Positions 11,428-24,886 of a stretch of DNA of 64,000 nucleotides are shown here, one piece after another. The translations under genes were made by a program, and so were the position numbers. The stretch lies in contig CM120644.1 of NCBI GenBank assembly GCA_051362555.1, positions 13,538,567 to 13,602,566 on the forward strand, written 5' to 3'. The DNA is from Lingula anatina (lineage: Eukaryota; Animalia; Brachiopoda). Numbering within the stretch: position 1 is the stretch's first letter; each line of letters begins with the position of its first letter. The notes beneath the pieces were generated by a model that saw nothing but the letters and a program-made list of their open reading frames with translations, had not been told where the DNA came from and searched no databases.

Positions 11428-13606
11428 AGCTATAATCAGAACACTTTTTAAAAGTCGTCGTGAGGTACGTCGACTCATTCTGACTAGAAATACGACTTCA
11501 TTGCCAAAGCATATTCTTTGATTTTAATCATTATGCACATATTAACGAACGGTGTTCCTTTTTATCCCCACTTATCCTGGACGTTCACGCCCATTCGATT
11601 TTTGTGCTGTTTTAATTTTGAAAATAAAGCATTCTGTGCAAAATTTTTGCATCAAATCTTATTTTCTTCGAGAAAAAAAACAACACTTTTCTCCAACTCA
11701 AGAACAATTGCTTGACTTGCTCCTACACTTGGATGCTATGTTATGTGTCATTTATTTTTGAATAAATTAGTTTTAGGCGAATCATAATTCCTTTACACCA
11801 AAATTCGATCTTGGCAAAGACTTTTAAAATTCAAGTGAAATTTAAAGGGAAGTTGAGTCTTTTCAAGGTCTTTTAACTGTGTCTTAAGATTAGATAGTGA
11901 GTGAGATTAGATCAGTGGTTTTTACTCTCACTGGTGACGATTCCCAATGCAAACAAGATAACCACATCTATTGCGGAATCAATCGCTCAAAAAATCAATA
12001 AATAAATTAATTAAAATATTATTTAAAAAGTCCAACATCTCAGTAGCGACTTACTGTGGTCGGCTATTCGACTATTGTGAAACAAGCCCCGGTGAAATGT
12101 GAGGTAGAGTCCGAAAGACAACACACTTTAAGACTGAGTGTCCGACTGACATCCAGTTTCAAACTAAAAAGTGATATCATTAACGATGTCCGTCTTTAAT
12201 GGCAGGCCGACATACATGTATGCGCCCCAAAAGTATAACATGACCAGTTTGCCTTCGGAATGAACTTTTTTTGTAGTTTCCTGGACTCGTTGAAAAAGAA
12301 ATAAAACAGCTATAACTGCAATTTTGACGAACTACATCGAGTTTGATGTAGATATATATAAGAGTGATGCCAATTGTTTGCTTTATACAAATCAGCATCA
12401 CGGCTTTAAAGATAAGAGCAAACAGAATTAGTGTTGCTGCACTTGGTTCTTCGGTGAAATATTTTTTCCTTGTCCCTTTTATAAAAAACGATGAAATGTT
12501 CTTTAATATTCTTTTGCACATTGTTAAATAGATATTAAAAATATATACATTAGATTAAAATAAAAATAGAAAGGATTCACCTTTTTTGCACAAGATGCCC
12601 TATCGTATTACCGATGTTACGAATAAGAAAAAGGTAATAAGAAAACAATGAACCCCCCCTCCCCCCCTCAAATCATAATTCCCTTAGAATTAATTGATTT
12701 AACTGGGAAATATATTCCGGATAACAGACCACTTGGCATTATGGCTGACAAGCAACCTTGGAGTGACCGTCTACAAAATTGTTATTAGTTTCATCTGTGT
12801 TTTGGTCGGTCAGTGGCTTACACGCACTGTCTCTGGCCAAAAGTGGTCGTTAAAGGAGTCATCGCCAGTCAACATTTGACCGATGGTCAAGGATCATCAG
12901 GGTGAAGAGTGTATATGGCGGCAAACGTATAATTTTGCGTCCATTTATTTAAAACAGTTGCCATTAGTACTGAATTACTGCTATATGAAATGCTAAAGAA
13001 ATTCTAGGTATTCCCCTGTGAAAGTAACTTTTGTTTTGATTAATTTTTTAATCTACAACTGTATTCAGGATATTTTTCCCAAGATATAAAAAAATTAATA
13101 CAGAAAGACGGAAATAAAACACACTTGTCTATCCTAAACCAAATTAAAGCAAATTATTCGTACAGTAAACAACTCCTCGATACTATCAAAGCGGTAAAAC
13201 ATTTTACAATCGTGTCAGTTGACTATAATCATACTGAGATTGACTGTAATCATAACCTAATTTATATATGTATCAAGGTAGCTTAACATCTTAACACCCG
13301 TGCTAGTTCATTGTAAACATAGCTTAAAACGTGTTATGAGTATTCTATAGCTTCCGCCTTTATATCTCAACTCCGATCTGCCCGCCCATGGTAGTTCAAT
13401 TTTTACATTAATTTAAGGAGATTTAAGGGTGCTGTAGCCGTAAATAATAGATAAGTACCCGCATGGTTCACTTAAACACCAAACTACCAAGGAGCATAAT
13501 TTAATAAAAAATGATAATTAGATAAAAGATGATTCCGCATTCTAAAAAACATTGATAACTGAGTGTAAGTATGGCTATTAAGACGCCATTAGCATTTTAC
13601 ATATTA

Positions 13607-13852
13607 GGGCCCATTCCCATTTAAACTAACGTTCTACGTAGATCGATCCAACTCTGTGGGGACTCTAGCTGAATGCAATCAGTTTAACTGGAAGACACGC
13701 CTTTTCTTATTTCCAAACGTTTCTTGTTTCTTGTTTTCTGCATTCTACTCAACGCCAGGAGGAGGCGTGTTTTAGTCTGATTGCATTCAGCGAGAGTCCC
13801 CACAGAGTTGGATCGATCTACGCAGTACGATAGTTTCATATGGAATGGGCCC
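13607..13852. mobile_element. Near-perfect foldback MITE with GGGCCCATTCC termini (PIF/Harbinger-like)
   Basis: Inverted arms of about 85 bp: gggcccattcccat...tacgtagatcgatccaactctgtggggactctagctgaatgcaatcag and ctgattgcattcagcgagagtccccacagagttggatcgatctacg...ggaatgggccc. TTA on the left flank. Confidence 0.75.
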
Positions 13853-16435
13853 TGTGATAGAATACAGTTAACATCAGTTAAGCATTGGCATTAAGATATT
13901 AGGTCTGTCCACAGAGATCACGGGTAGACTCCAATCATAGTTGTTACAAATTACAGGCGTGTTAAGTTCGCAAAATACCTTAACACTCATTGCGGTTAAT
14001 TTTAAAGATGTCTTTAAGCCATTGTAAAAGCGTTCAAGGGAAAAGATAATATTTAAGTTATGACCGCTGATTTTACATCTAAAGCTGGATAATGCGTTGG
14101 CGCCATACTTTGTTAACTATGGCTTGGGTATGAACTTCAACAAGCACGTCCCCCTTCTGCGTTTTTTTTTTTTTTTTTTTTTTTCATTATTTTTGAGCAA
14201 GTACTTATGCTATTCTCTTCGTTACGTGTGTCTAAGGAAGTTTATGTGTGATGCATAACTCTTTTCTTTCCACTGATCAATACGAGAATGCGTTCAGACA
14301 TTTTCCCATTTTTCATCGGAGGCAGGAGACAGGAAGTTTCAAATTGCAGAAATAAAAAAATAAAAATAAAAAATAATAATAAATGGGTATCTTTCTGTGA
14401 CAACTTTCAAAGCCATGCAACAATAGGGAAAATCAGTTTTAGCAAAATCTGATTAGAAATTTTAGATGTATTTCTCTGGGTATCTCAGGTCGGACAATCT
14501 TTTTATTTTTTACCGAATCGAACGCACTTTGGTATGGCAATTATGTCCACTGGAGTACTTCGCCCGTTAAGTCCAATGTCGCATAGTTGTCTATACTATA
14601 CTTAGTCGGCTAAGCAAGCAAAAATTTTACATTTTTTTTTTTGTTGAGTAATGTTAAAACACTTTTTTTTTCTGGAAGAGACGACTCATCGGCACAACAA
14701 TGAAACTTTTGGAGAGAAGAGAACACAAAAGACCCATTGTATCATCATATTTTATTCATCACATTCAAAAACAAGTATTTTCCGCTAAAATACTTTCCAC
14801 AAAATCAGTCAATATTACACAAAATACAAATTTCGTCAGTCTTTTTCGGCACCCACAAACATGCAAAGTCAACTGTTGAATACACAAGAGGTTGTAAGTT
14901 GTGCCCACTGCATCCAAAATTATTTGTTGTGCATATTAAATCTCTAAGAGTAATGAAAAAACTTGACTACAAGTCAAAAGACATTCAAAATTATTTAAGT
15001 TGAAATCCTATATTCAGCAGTAGGTTTGACATAAAAAAACGTGCACTATGTCAAAACAGTGGATACCTATCAAGAGGTATAGCTAGAAAATGTAAATAAA
15101 TAAAACATACGATAATGACTTGAAAAACTGAATATTACAGATACTGTAATTTTATCAGTCATAAATGCTTAGGGTAAGAACATTCCTACTGAGTGGTAGC
15201 AACAAAATGTAAAAGCAAGTCACCCTTTTAGTTCTATTCTGTACAGAAACTATACCAAAAAATGCTGCAAAGAATATAATTTTAATGAATCAAAAATAAT
15301 GTATCTGAAAGATTGATGATTTTTTTCCCCATGGAAATAGAGTCATTACTGTATTTTAAGTCCAAGAGCCACCGCTAATATATGTTACCACAGCATTCCA
15401 ATGGGAATGCAGCAAAATTATAATTAAAGAATGAGAGCACAACAGTCATGACGCTGTTACGATAAATTATTTGAAGACAGTCAAGTCTGCAACCACCTGT
15501 AAGTAAGTCTATGTTAGATACGTAATGAAATATTAGTTACCTGTTTCCCCCAATGTACCATTGGGCATTCTTTCCCCTTCTAAAATTACTTTATTATCAT
15601 TTGTTCTGAAAAACTATTAGATAAATATGTAAATTGTGTCTAAAAGAAAATAAATCTTTTACTGAGGAATTTTGTTCATTACATATTCATTCCTAATTAT
15701 TTAGTTATAAGCAAATGTACATTTTCACTAGTACACACTGAGCAATAGGACAATAAAATATTACTGACATTATTATATATATATCCACAATACTAATGGT
15801 TGATCATATTTGGTATATCAGAACAAACCTTTAATAAAGTTGCCTCATTTTAAATTGAGCTATGGAAGTCACATTTCCACTTTGAAACAAGTTAAAAACT
15901 TCATAATAATACACAGTAATGGTAGTAGTAGCACTCAAAGAGGTAATGAATCATATGATTAATTTGTTCAGCTATTACTTAAACTAATCACTAAAGTATA
16001 CTTTCTTCTGATAAATACTTCTAAAAAAACCAGCTAAATCAACTATACAAAAATAAATCATATTTATTTCTAAATTTTAAAAAAAATGTTGAGCTAAAAA
16101 CTACACAAAAATACATTTCAATCATGCTTTTTTCTATCAAGTTAAAAATTTATTGAAACCCACAGCAAAATTTCAAGTCATATTTCATCATATATAAAAA
16201 GACCAACAAGAAAATATACTGAACATCAATATGAAGTGCCATAAATGCTATATTAAAATATTTTCAAAATTGCATTCAATATTGCTTACACAGTCATTAA
16301 AGATAATGAAGAATTCATATCTAACCCAAAGAACAAATAAAAAAAGAAAGAAAGAAACAATAAATGAATGTATAGTACTTTTTACTATCAATAATTAATT
16401 TCAATTAAATTCTACATGTAAGTCAGACATTCCAT

Positions 16436-19059
16436 AACAAGGCAGCAAAGCTGTCAAATGTACAGACAAAAAGCAGGAAATAACAAAATAGGCTACTGTC
16501 AATTCAGATACAAAAGTACATTATGTTAAACGTACTGCAAATTCAACATCAAATTTTAATTATGCTCAACAGGTAATACCAATGTAAGTAAAATGTGAAA
16601 CAAGCATAAGGCTTCAGGCCCATGGGAGTTCAAGTTCACACTTTGAAAATGTAAAACTTCCAGAAAAAGAAGTCAATTAGACTGCTTTTCCAACTCAGGC
16701 TGCATTTTAGTCCTGTATTTCTTTTTTGAAAGTTTGGCAATCATTGGTAACATGGTTTTCCCATAATGGTCATCATGGCAGCAGCACCCAAAATTGTGTT
16801 TTCTTCTATTCTGATGCAATATTACATAATGGTTAACAGCATAATGACAATCAATTTTTAATAACAAAATATAAGTATCATGGATTTTCAGAAAATGTGA
16901 CTGGCCTGGGTCTTCAAGCCTGTGGAACTTCAAAGTCACACCTTGAAAATGCCAATATGTGAAAAATTAAATTTTTACAAAAAAACTGTTTAACTGGCAG
17001 ATTGCATTGCCTACTGAAGCTGTATTTTAGTCCCATGTTTCTTTCCTGTACGTTTGAGAACAGTAAGTGACATGGTTTTTCTTTTAAAAAGGTAATCATG
17101 GGAGCAGTACCCAAAATAGGTTTTTTTCAAATTTTGATGCAATATTACATAATGTTTAACAGCATAATGACCATCAATTTTTAATAATAAAATATTAGTA
17201 TCATGAATATTCAGAAAATGTGACTAGCAAAGGTCTTCAGGCCCATAAATCACAACTTGTAAATGCCAAAATGTAAACAAGACAGCACTGTTCTGAAATG
17301 TTTTTTTCCCCATTTTTAACATTTTTTAACATAAAATAAAATTAACAGTTTACTGCCATTTTTATATGATCAACTAAGAAAATTGATGAGATGAGAAAAA
17401 TATCAATAGAGCAATGTTAAATGTCCAATTTCTTCCATTCTGAGATTCTGAACATAGTGAATGATTGAATCTGACAAACTGCAATGATATGAATTTATTT
17501 CCATTTTTGAAACTTTATAACACAATACACGATAACATGTTTACCATCATTTTTACAAAATCAACTAACAATGTTGTAAAGATGCAGGAAATGTCAAACA
17601 AACACTTTCACGTATCTTATTAGTTTAATAATGAGACTGTTAACATGCCTAAAAACTGAATCTGAGGAAATGTGAAAAAACAGCATACCTTCTAAAATAA
17701 TGGCATGATTATGCTGATTTACGAACTCAACCTGCATTTTAGTAAAATTGACCACTCCTGTGACTTTCATGACAATTGGCCCATCTGTTTTTCTTATATT
17801 GTGTTTACAGTGTTGCATATATGCTGAAAAGTGTAAAAAACAGCATAACTAGTAAAATAGTGGCCCGATCATGCCGATTTTCGAACTTGACCTGCGTTTT
17901 AGTAAGATTGATTACTCCTGTGAGTTTCATGACAACAGGTCTATCGGTTTTCCTTGAAATGTGTTAACAGTGTTGCATATATGCTGAAAAGTGAAAAAAC
18001 AGCATAAATACTAAAATAGTGGCCCGATCATGCCGATTTTCGAACTTGATCTGCGTTTTAGTAAGACTGATTACTCCTGTGAGTTTCATGACAACAGGCC
18101 TATCGGTTTTCCTTGAAATGTGTTAACAGTGTTGCATATATGCTAACAAGGCAGCAAAGCTGTCAAATGTACAGACAAAAAGCAGACAATAACAATGCAC
18201 AAAATAGGCTACTGTCAATTCTGATGCAAAAGTACATTATGCTTAACTGCAAATTCAACATCAAATTTTAATTATGCTCAACAGGTAATACCAATGTAAG
18301 TGAAATGTGTAACAAGCGTAAGGCTTCAGGCCCATGGAAGTTTAAGTTCACACTTTGAAAATGCCAGAATGAGAAAAATGAAAATTTCACATTAAACTGC
18401 TTAAATTCAATAATAAATGATAACCCATTTGAGCTGGCTTTCTTATTTGAACTGCATGCCAATCCTACAAATCATACTTGTAAGTTGAAAATAATAATAA
18501 GTAATACAGTCTCTTTTCATAATGTTTGTAGTAGCAGTGCAAAAAGATTTTTGTCAATTTTGATGTAACATTACATAATAAATTACAGAATAATTATCAC
18601 CAATTTTTGATTATTGACTATAAATAGCATGGGCATGTAGAAAATTTGATTACCATTTGGCTTTATGGCCATGGGAGCTTCGAGTCCCACAATAAATATG
18701 CCAACATGATAAAAGTGAATATTTTACTAAAATGTATAACTTCCAGAAAAAGAAGCCAATTAGACTGCTTTTCCAACTCAGGCTGCATTTTAGTCTTTAG
18801 TTTCTTTTTTGAAAGTTTGACAATCATAAGTAACATGGTTTTCCCATAATGGTCATCATGGCAGCAGCACCCAAAATTGTGTTTTCTTCTATTTTAATGC
18901 AATATTACATAATGCTTGACAGCAGAATGACCCTCAGTTTTTAATATTAAAGATCTGTATCATGGATTTTCAGAAAATGTGATTAGCATGGGTCTTCAAG
19001 CTCGTGGAGGTTCTTAAGTCACACCTTGAAAATGCCAATAGATAAAAATTAAATTTTCA

Positions 19060-19105
<46 letters not shown>

Positions 19106-20628
19106 AGTTTAACTGCCAGAAAAATTTACCAAACAGACTGCATTGGCCACTGAAGCTTTATTCATGTCCCATGTTTCTATCCTGTAAGTTTGAGAACAGT
19201 AATGACAGGTTTTCCTTAAATGGTCATCATGGGAGCAGTGCCAAAAATAGGGGTTTCTTCAAATTTTGATGCAATATTACATAATGTTTAACAGGATAAT
19301 AACCATCAATTTTTAATAATAAAATATTAGTATCATGGATATTCAGAAAATGTGCCTAGCAAAGGTCTTCAGACCCAAGGAACTTCAAAGTCATACCTTC
19401 AAAATGCCAAAATGTAGACAAGACAGCACTGTCCTGAAATGTTTTTTTTTCATTTTTAACAATTTTTTAACATATAACAAAATTAACAATTTACTGCCAT
19501 TTTTATATGATCAACTTAGAAAATTGATGAGATGGGAAAAATATCAATAGAACAGTGTTTAATGTCCAATTTCCTCCATTCTGAGTTTCTGAACATAGTG
19601 AATGAATGAATCTGACAAACTGCAATGATATGAGTTTTTTTTTTCCATTTTTGAAACTCTATTTTACAATACATGATGACAAGTTTACCATCATTTTAAC
19701 ATAATCAACTAACAATGTTGTAAAGATGCAGGAAATGTCAAACAAACACTTTTACGAATCTTATTAGTTAAATAATGAGACTGTTAACATGCCTAAGAAT
19801 TGAATCTGAGGAAATGTTTAAAAACAGCATAACTTATAAAATAATGGCCCGATTATGCTGATTTTCGAACTTGACCTGCATTTTAGTAAGACTGATTACT
19901 CCTGTGAGTTTCATGACAACAGGTCTATCGGTTTTCCTTGAAATGTGTTAACAGTGTTGCATATATGCTGAAAAGTGAAAAAACAGCATAACTACTAAAA
20001 TAGTGGCCCGATCATGCCGATTTTCGAACTTGATCTGTGTTTTAGTAAGATTGATTATTCCTGTGAGTTTCATGACAACAGGCCTATCGGTTTTCCTTGA
20101 AATGTGTTAACAGTGTTGCATATATGCTAAAAAGTGAAAAAACAGCATAAATTCTTCAATAATGGCCCGATCATGCTGATTTTCGAACTTGACCTGCGTT
20201 TTATGAATATTAGTCAGCTCTGTTAATATAAAACCAAAAAGTAAAACTGTCTTCCACTTATGGTGTTAACGCTGAAAGTGCACGGCGACGGCGACGGCGA
20301 CGGCGACATGATCGGCGACGGCGACGGCGACGACAGACGCAGGTGATGGCAATATGTACAGACACATCTGTGTCTGTACATAAAAAGTGAAAAAACAGCA
20401 TAAATTCTACAATAATGGCCCGATCATGCTGATTTTCGAACTTGACCTGCGTTTTATGAATATTAGGTCAGCTCTGTAAATATAAAGCCAAAAAGTAAAA
20501 CTGTCTTCCACTTATGGTGTTAACGCTGAAAGTGCACGGCGACGGCGACATGATCGGCGACGGCGACGGCGACGACAGACGCAGGTGATGGCAATATGTA
20601 CAGACACATCTGTGTCTGTACATAAAAA
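16436..20628 (-). mobile_element. Non-autonomous Helentron-like element (HINE), family A, outer copy interrupted by a nested copy of the same family
   Basis: On the minus strand: 5' TTTT-ATGTACAGACAC-AGAT-GTGTCTGTACAT hairpin, (GTCGCC)n microsatellite, 159-bp tandem units, then 3' subTIR GTCTGTACAT, stem-loop GACAGC-TTT-GCTGCC and a TTGTT end. No TSD; T-run target. Confidence 0.8.
18145..20385 (-). mobile_element. HINE family A, inner full-length copy
   Basis: It has its own complete 5' end (about 20385) and 3' end (about 18145). Removing it restores tgctaaaaagtgaaaaaacagc, the same sequence seen uninterrupted at 20125-20146. Confidence 0.8.
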
Positions 20629-20671
20629 TTGCAAATGTAAACAATCCTTCAAATGCATACTTTTTAAAACC

Positions 20672-23600
20672 CTAATCACTCTTTTTGTGTGACACACCAT
20701 TTTCATAAACAGACTTTCTGTCTTCCTTTGTATTTTCACAGGAACCATGGACAAAATGAACAATTTCATTGTGGAAGTATCTTTTCTTGATCTGCACAGA
20801 TAAATAACATCCTATAGATGGCGCTATCCAGTAGACCAAGATGTGCCCAATCAAAGAGCTCCCAGCACAGCCAAAACCCTGAGATGAGGCATTGGCAGGG
20901 TTGATATACATCCCTGTCAGTGTCAACCCTGTGAACATAAATATCACATTATTTCATAGATTCAAAACAAACATATTTTTCAATCATATCTGTGAACCAA
21001 TTTTACTATCTAATTAAAATTCAGATTATTTTTCAGTTATTTTTGTTTTTCCATTTCCCGTCTAGTCATTGAACCCTCTTCCCCCCCCCCCCACACACAC
21101 ACATTAACAAATTTTCAGTTGTTCAAAACATGCTAATCAACAGACATACACAAAATCTTCACACAATACAATAAAATGAAGTTTATTTTGTGGCAGAAAG
21201 AATGAAAATATAAACATTAGCTGAGCAGCTATCCACCGATACAAGTCAATTTTGTGTCTTGAGAGAGAGAGAGAGAGAGAGAGAGATAGGGATAGAGAGA
21301 GTATGACTTGCAACAGTCTATCTAGAAAAGAAGAGAGAGAGAGAGAAAGAGATCAACATGGAGTACTCCCTTGATGTTAGCATCTACCTACCTGCTCCAG
21401 TCAGCAGAGTTCCCAGTAAAGCCTGCAGCACCTGCTCACCCCTCTCTCGCCTTGTCCACTGCTTCAACCCAAACACACGGTCAATAAAGCAACCACCACC
21501 TTCTAGAAGCATCCCTTGGAAAACTGTCACCTGAAACAATAATGTTTGTATAATTCAGTTAGTTAGTTGAGCTGACCACTTATTTTTCCCAACTAGAGGA
21601 TCAGAGAGGCGATACCGCCTCCAAATATTGTACCACCAGCTGGAGCAAACGCATTCGTATAGACCCCCACATACACAAAATAAGGGACACAGCCACCAGT
21701 TTTGTGCTTGACAAGCTGTAAAAATGCAATCAACAAGAATTTTTTAACTATTGCAAAAAATATATATGGTACAATCAAATTTAAGTTCTTCGTAAGGTAG
21801 GTCAAGGGTCAATTTCAAGGTCACAGTAAATTGCCAGTATATGACTTCCTATTCAAGTTCAAGAGTAACTATGGACCTATCTCTGTCAAGTTTGAAGTTA
21901 ATGAGAAAGAAATTAGCAGAGTTCAGTTCATGATAAAAAGTAGGTCAAAGGTCAATTTCAAGGTCACACTTAGATTGCCAGTATAGGACTTCCTATTCAA
22001 CTTCAATAGTAACTATGGACCTATCTCAGCCAGTTTTGGAGATAAAAGGGAAGCAAAATTTGCAAAATTCAGTTCATGGTGAAAAGTAGGTCAAAGGTCA
22101 ATTTCAAGGTCACATTTAGATTGCCAGTATATGACTTTCTATTCAAGTTCAATAGTAACTATGGACCTATCTCTGCCAGTTTTGGAGATAAAAGGGAAGC
22201 AAAATTTGCAAAGTTCAGTTTATGGTGAAAAGTAGGACAAAGGTCAATTTTAATGTCACATTTATAATGCCAGTATATGACTTCCTATTCAAGTTCAATA
22301 GTAACTACGGACCTATCTCAGCCAGTTTTGGAGATAAAAAGAAAGCAAAATTTGCAAAATTCAGTTCATGGTGTAAAGTAGGTCAAAGGTCAATTTTAAG
22401 GTCACATTTAGATTGCCAGTATATGACTTCCTTTTCAAGTTCAATAGTAACTATGGACCTATCTCTGCCAGTTTTGGAGATAAAAGGGAAGCAAAATTTG
22501 CAAAGTTCAGTTTATGGTGAAAAGTAGGTCAAAGGTCAATTTTAAGGTCACATATAGATTGCCAGTATATGACTTCCTATTCAAGTTCAATAGTAACTAC
22601 GGACCTATCTCTGCCAGTTTTGGAGATAAAAGGGAAGCAAAATTTGCAAAGTTCAGTTCATGGTGAAAAGTAGGTCAAAGGTCAATTTCAAGGTCACAGT
22701 AAGATTGCCAGTATATGACTTCCTATTCAACTTCAATAGTAACTATTGACCTATCTCTGCCAGTTTTGGAGATATAAGGGACTAAATGTTATAATTTTGG
22801 AGTTACCATAATGTGCCTTAAATTTCGTACAGAAAAAATTAATTAAAATAAAGAAAATGTCATTTTGGTCAAAATTCTTGAAATAGGAGGTGCTCTGAAG
22901 TTTCAGAAGTTCAAATTTGATGAAATAATGTCATTTTTGAACACAAGTTGTCTGCTTTGCCAAGCCTTTTGTTTTATTTTTCCAGAGTTCAAAATTTATT
23001 ATCCATTACCGTACTGCACATTTTGCTTTTACCACCAATATGTACTTTTTGATACAGCATAACTCGAAAACCGTATGGAATACAAAAAAACCGAGACCAC
23101 CTCCAGTGTTGGGCTTTACATGCTCTACAAAATGAAAAAAAGAATGGGTCTCTAGCATTAACGGTTCCCAAATTAGAGACAGTTTTCAGTTTCGGTATCT
23201 TATGGCCGCTACTCCCGTGAAAATGCACCGATTGACCCCAAATTCATGGAGATGAAAGATGACCTGAAGGGTAACATTTTCCAATAATATCATTGGTTAT
23301 GTCTGTGTGGTGTCTGAATAACAGGGCAAAAAAATTTTTTTTTCGTAAAAAATTTCATTTTTTTGAAAATTTTGGCCCATTTGACCTTGAAGTAGAGGTC
23401 AAAGGTCAAATCCAAGGGTATATTTGAAATCTACACATATGACTTTTGGAAAGCCGTCTATAGAAATTTTTCCCATAACTCCTTCCGTAGGGTAGATAAT
23501 TAGCATTTAATTTTGCCATTTTTAGACAAGGGTGCATTGCAATGAGTGCCACACCCAGACCCCAATACCGACAAAGCCCAAATTTTACGTGGAACGAGTT

Positions 23601-24255
23601 GAGATTATAGGTGACCTAAATCCATGAGATGGGTACGGGGGCCCTTACCGTCTAGGAGGAGAAGCGGTAACGGTAGCCGTCCGGCGGAGCCGGCGGAGCC
23701 GGCGGAACGATCCGGACGGGACCGAAACCATGTGTACCGCCAGCGCTAACGCTGGTGGTACAATTATCTTATGTGAGACCCTCATATTTACATGGGTAGA
23801 TTTTTTTTAATAAGCATCCTCTGCATGTGCCGTCGCATTTCACAACTGTCATAGCACAACCTACACACTTCCCTTTTTCAATTTGAAAGCCCTTAATTTG
23901 TGCAGTGACCAAACAATAAGGCTCAGTCTGTTGAAAAAAATTCCATTCACATATGCTAGAAATCATTGAAATAAGAACTATTTTAAAGGTTTTAACTTTT
24001 CCAAACTTTGATTAAAATAATAACTGCAATCATTAAATTTATTAATTTATATAATAAAGAGGATTTGATTGTTTAAACTAAACATCCCTATTATTTCATG
24101 TGAAATCTTTTAAGTTAGGACATTTACCGTGAGGTCAGAGACACAAGGTATAGCCAGGTCTGCCCGGCGTATTGTGTAGGCAGGAGAGAGCTCTAACCAC
24201 CACATACACTGGGCATAATAGAAAGACAGCTGCCCTGAAATAATAGTCAATACTT

Positions 24256-24295
<40 letters not shown>

Positions 24296-24886
24296 TAATA
24301 TAAAATGGTCCAACCACAACATATACTGAGCATATATGAAATAATATTTAACTGAAGTCGACAGAAATACTTCAGTTAGAGTAAAAAATTTTTATGACTC
24401 ATAGAATATGAGCACAAGTTTTCAGAAAACTTCAGAAACTTTTTTATAATTGCCAATTGTTTTTTTTAAGTCTTTAAAAAAACTCGAACAAAATCACATC
24501 CCATTATTCTTACCTGCCAGCATCTGAAGTGTCATGGTAACCAAAACAACCGATAGAGGGCACTCTCCCTGGAAATACTTGGCCAGGTTGGCAATGGGAT
24601 TTGGCGAAGAATCGTAGAAAAAATACTTATACAAGTTCACCAGACAAAAGATCTGGAACAACAGTGCATAAAATCCGTGTGTTCTAAAAGTGAAGCCATT
24701 TTCCCATGTACAGGAACAGAGCTGTAGCGTGGAAATGCAGTCTAATAATACGGAGCGGTAAGGAGCAGGAATGTATCTCCTGGTGACGCCTCGTAGAAGA
24801 TGTCCCAGCAAAGTTGTGACAGCAAGGTAGAAAAATGTCACACCCAGGTGATGCTGCCGAACCTCTTCCTCCAACGCTGTTGCCAT
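20672..24886 (-). CDS. Unorthodox aquaporin (AQP11/AQP12-like), 4 coding exons, about 291 aa
   Basis: Exons 24886-24514, 24234-24128, 21530-21392 and 20928-20672 splice in frame. Motifs: STLQLCSCTWE, deviant first box PNPI, CVSDLTVT..QGMLLEG, second box TGMYINPANA..FGC, VYWIAP. Confidence 0.88.
21591..23766 (-). mobile_element. Non-autonomous Helentron-like element (HINE), family B, in aquaporin intron
   Basis: On the minus strand: 5' ATTGTACCACCAGC-GTTAGC-GCTGGCGGTAC hairpin, CCG-rich microsatellite, central 146-bp tandem array, then 3' subTIR GCTGGTGGTACAAT, stem-loop GGAGGCG-GTAT-CGCCTCT and a CTAGT end. A close copy lies at 34713-38810. Confidence 0.85.
21799..22781. repeat. 146-bp satellite array (about 6.8 units) inside HINE-B
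   Basis: The AGGTCAAAGGTCA-type anchor recurs at 21799, 21942, 22088, 22234, 22380, 22526 and 22672. Confidence 0.95.

Noticed and set aside
20512-20769. Arg-rich 85-aa ORF overlapping the aquaporin end
   Set aside because: The poly-Arg comes from the (GTCGCC)n microsatellite of HINE-A.
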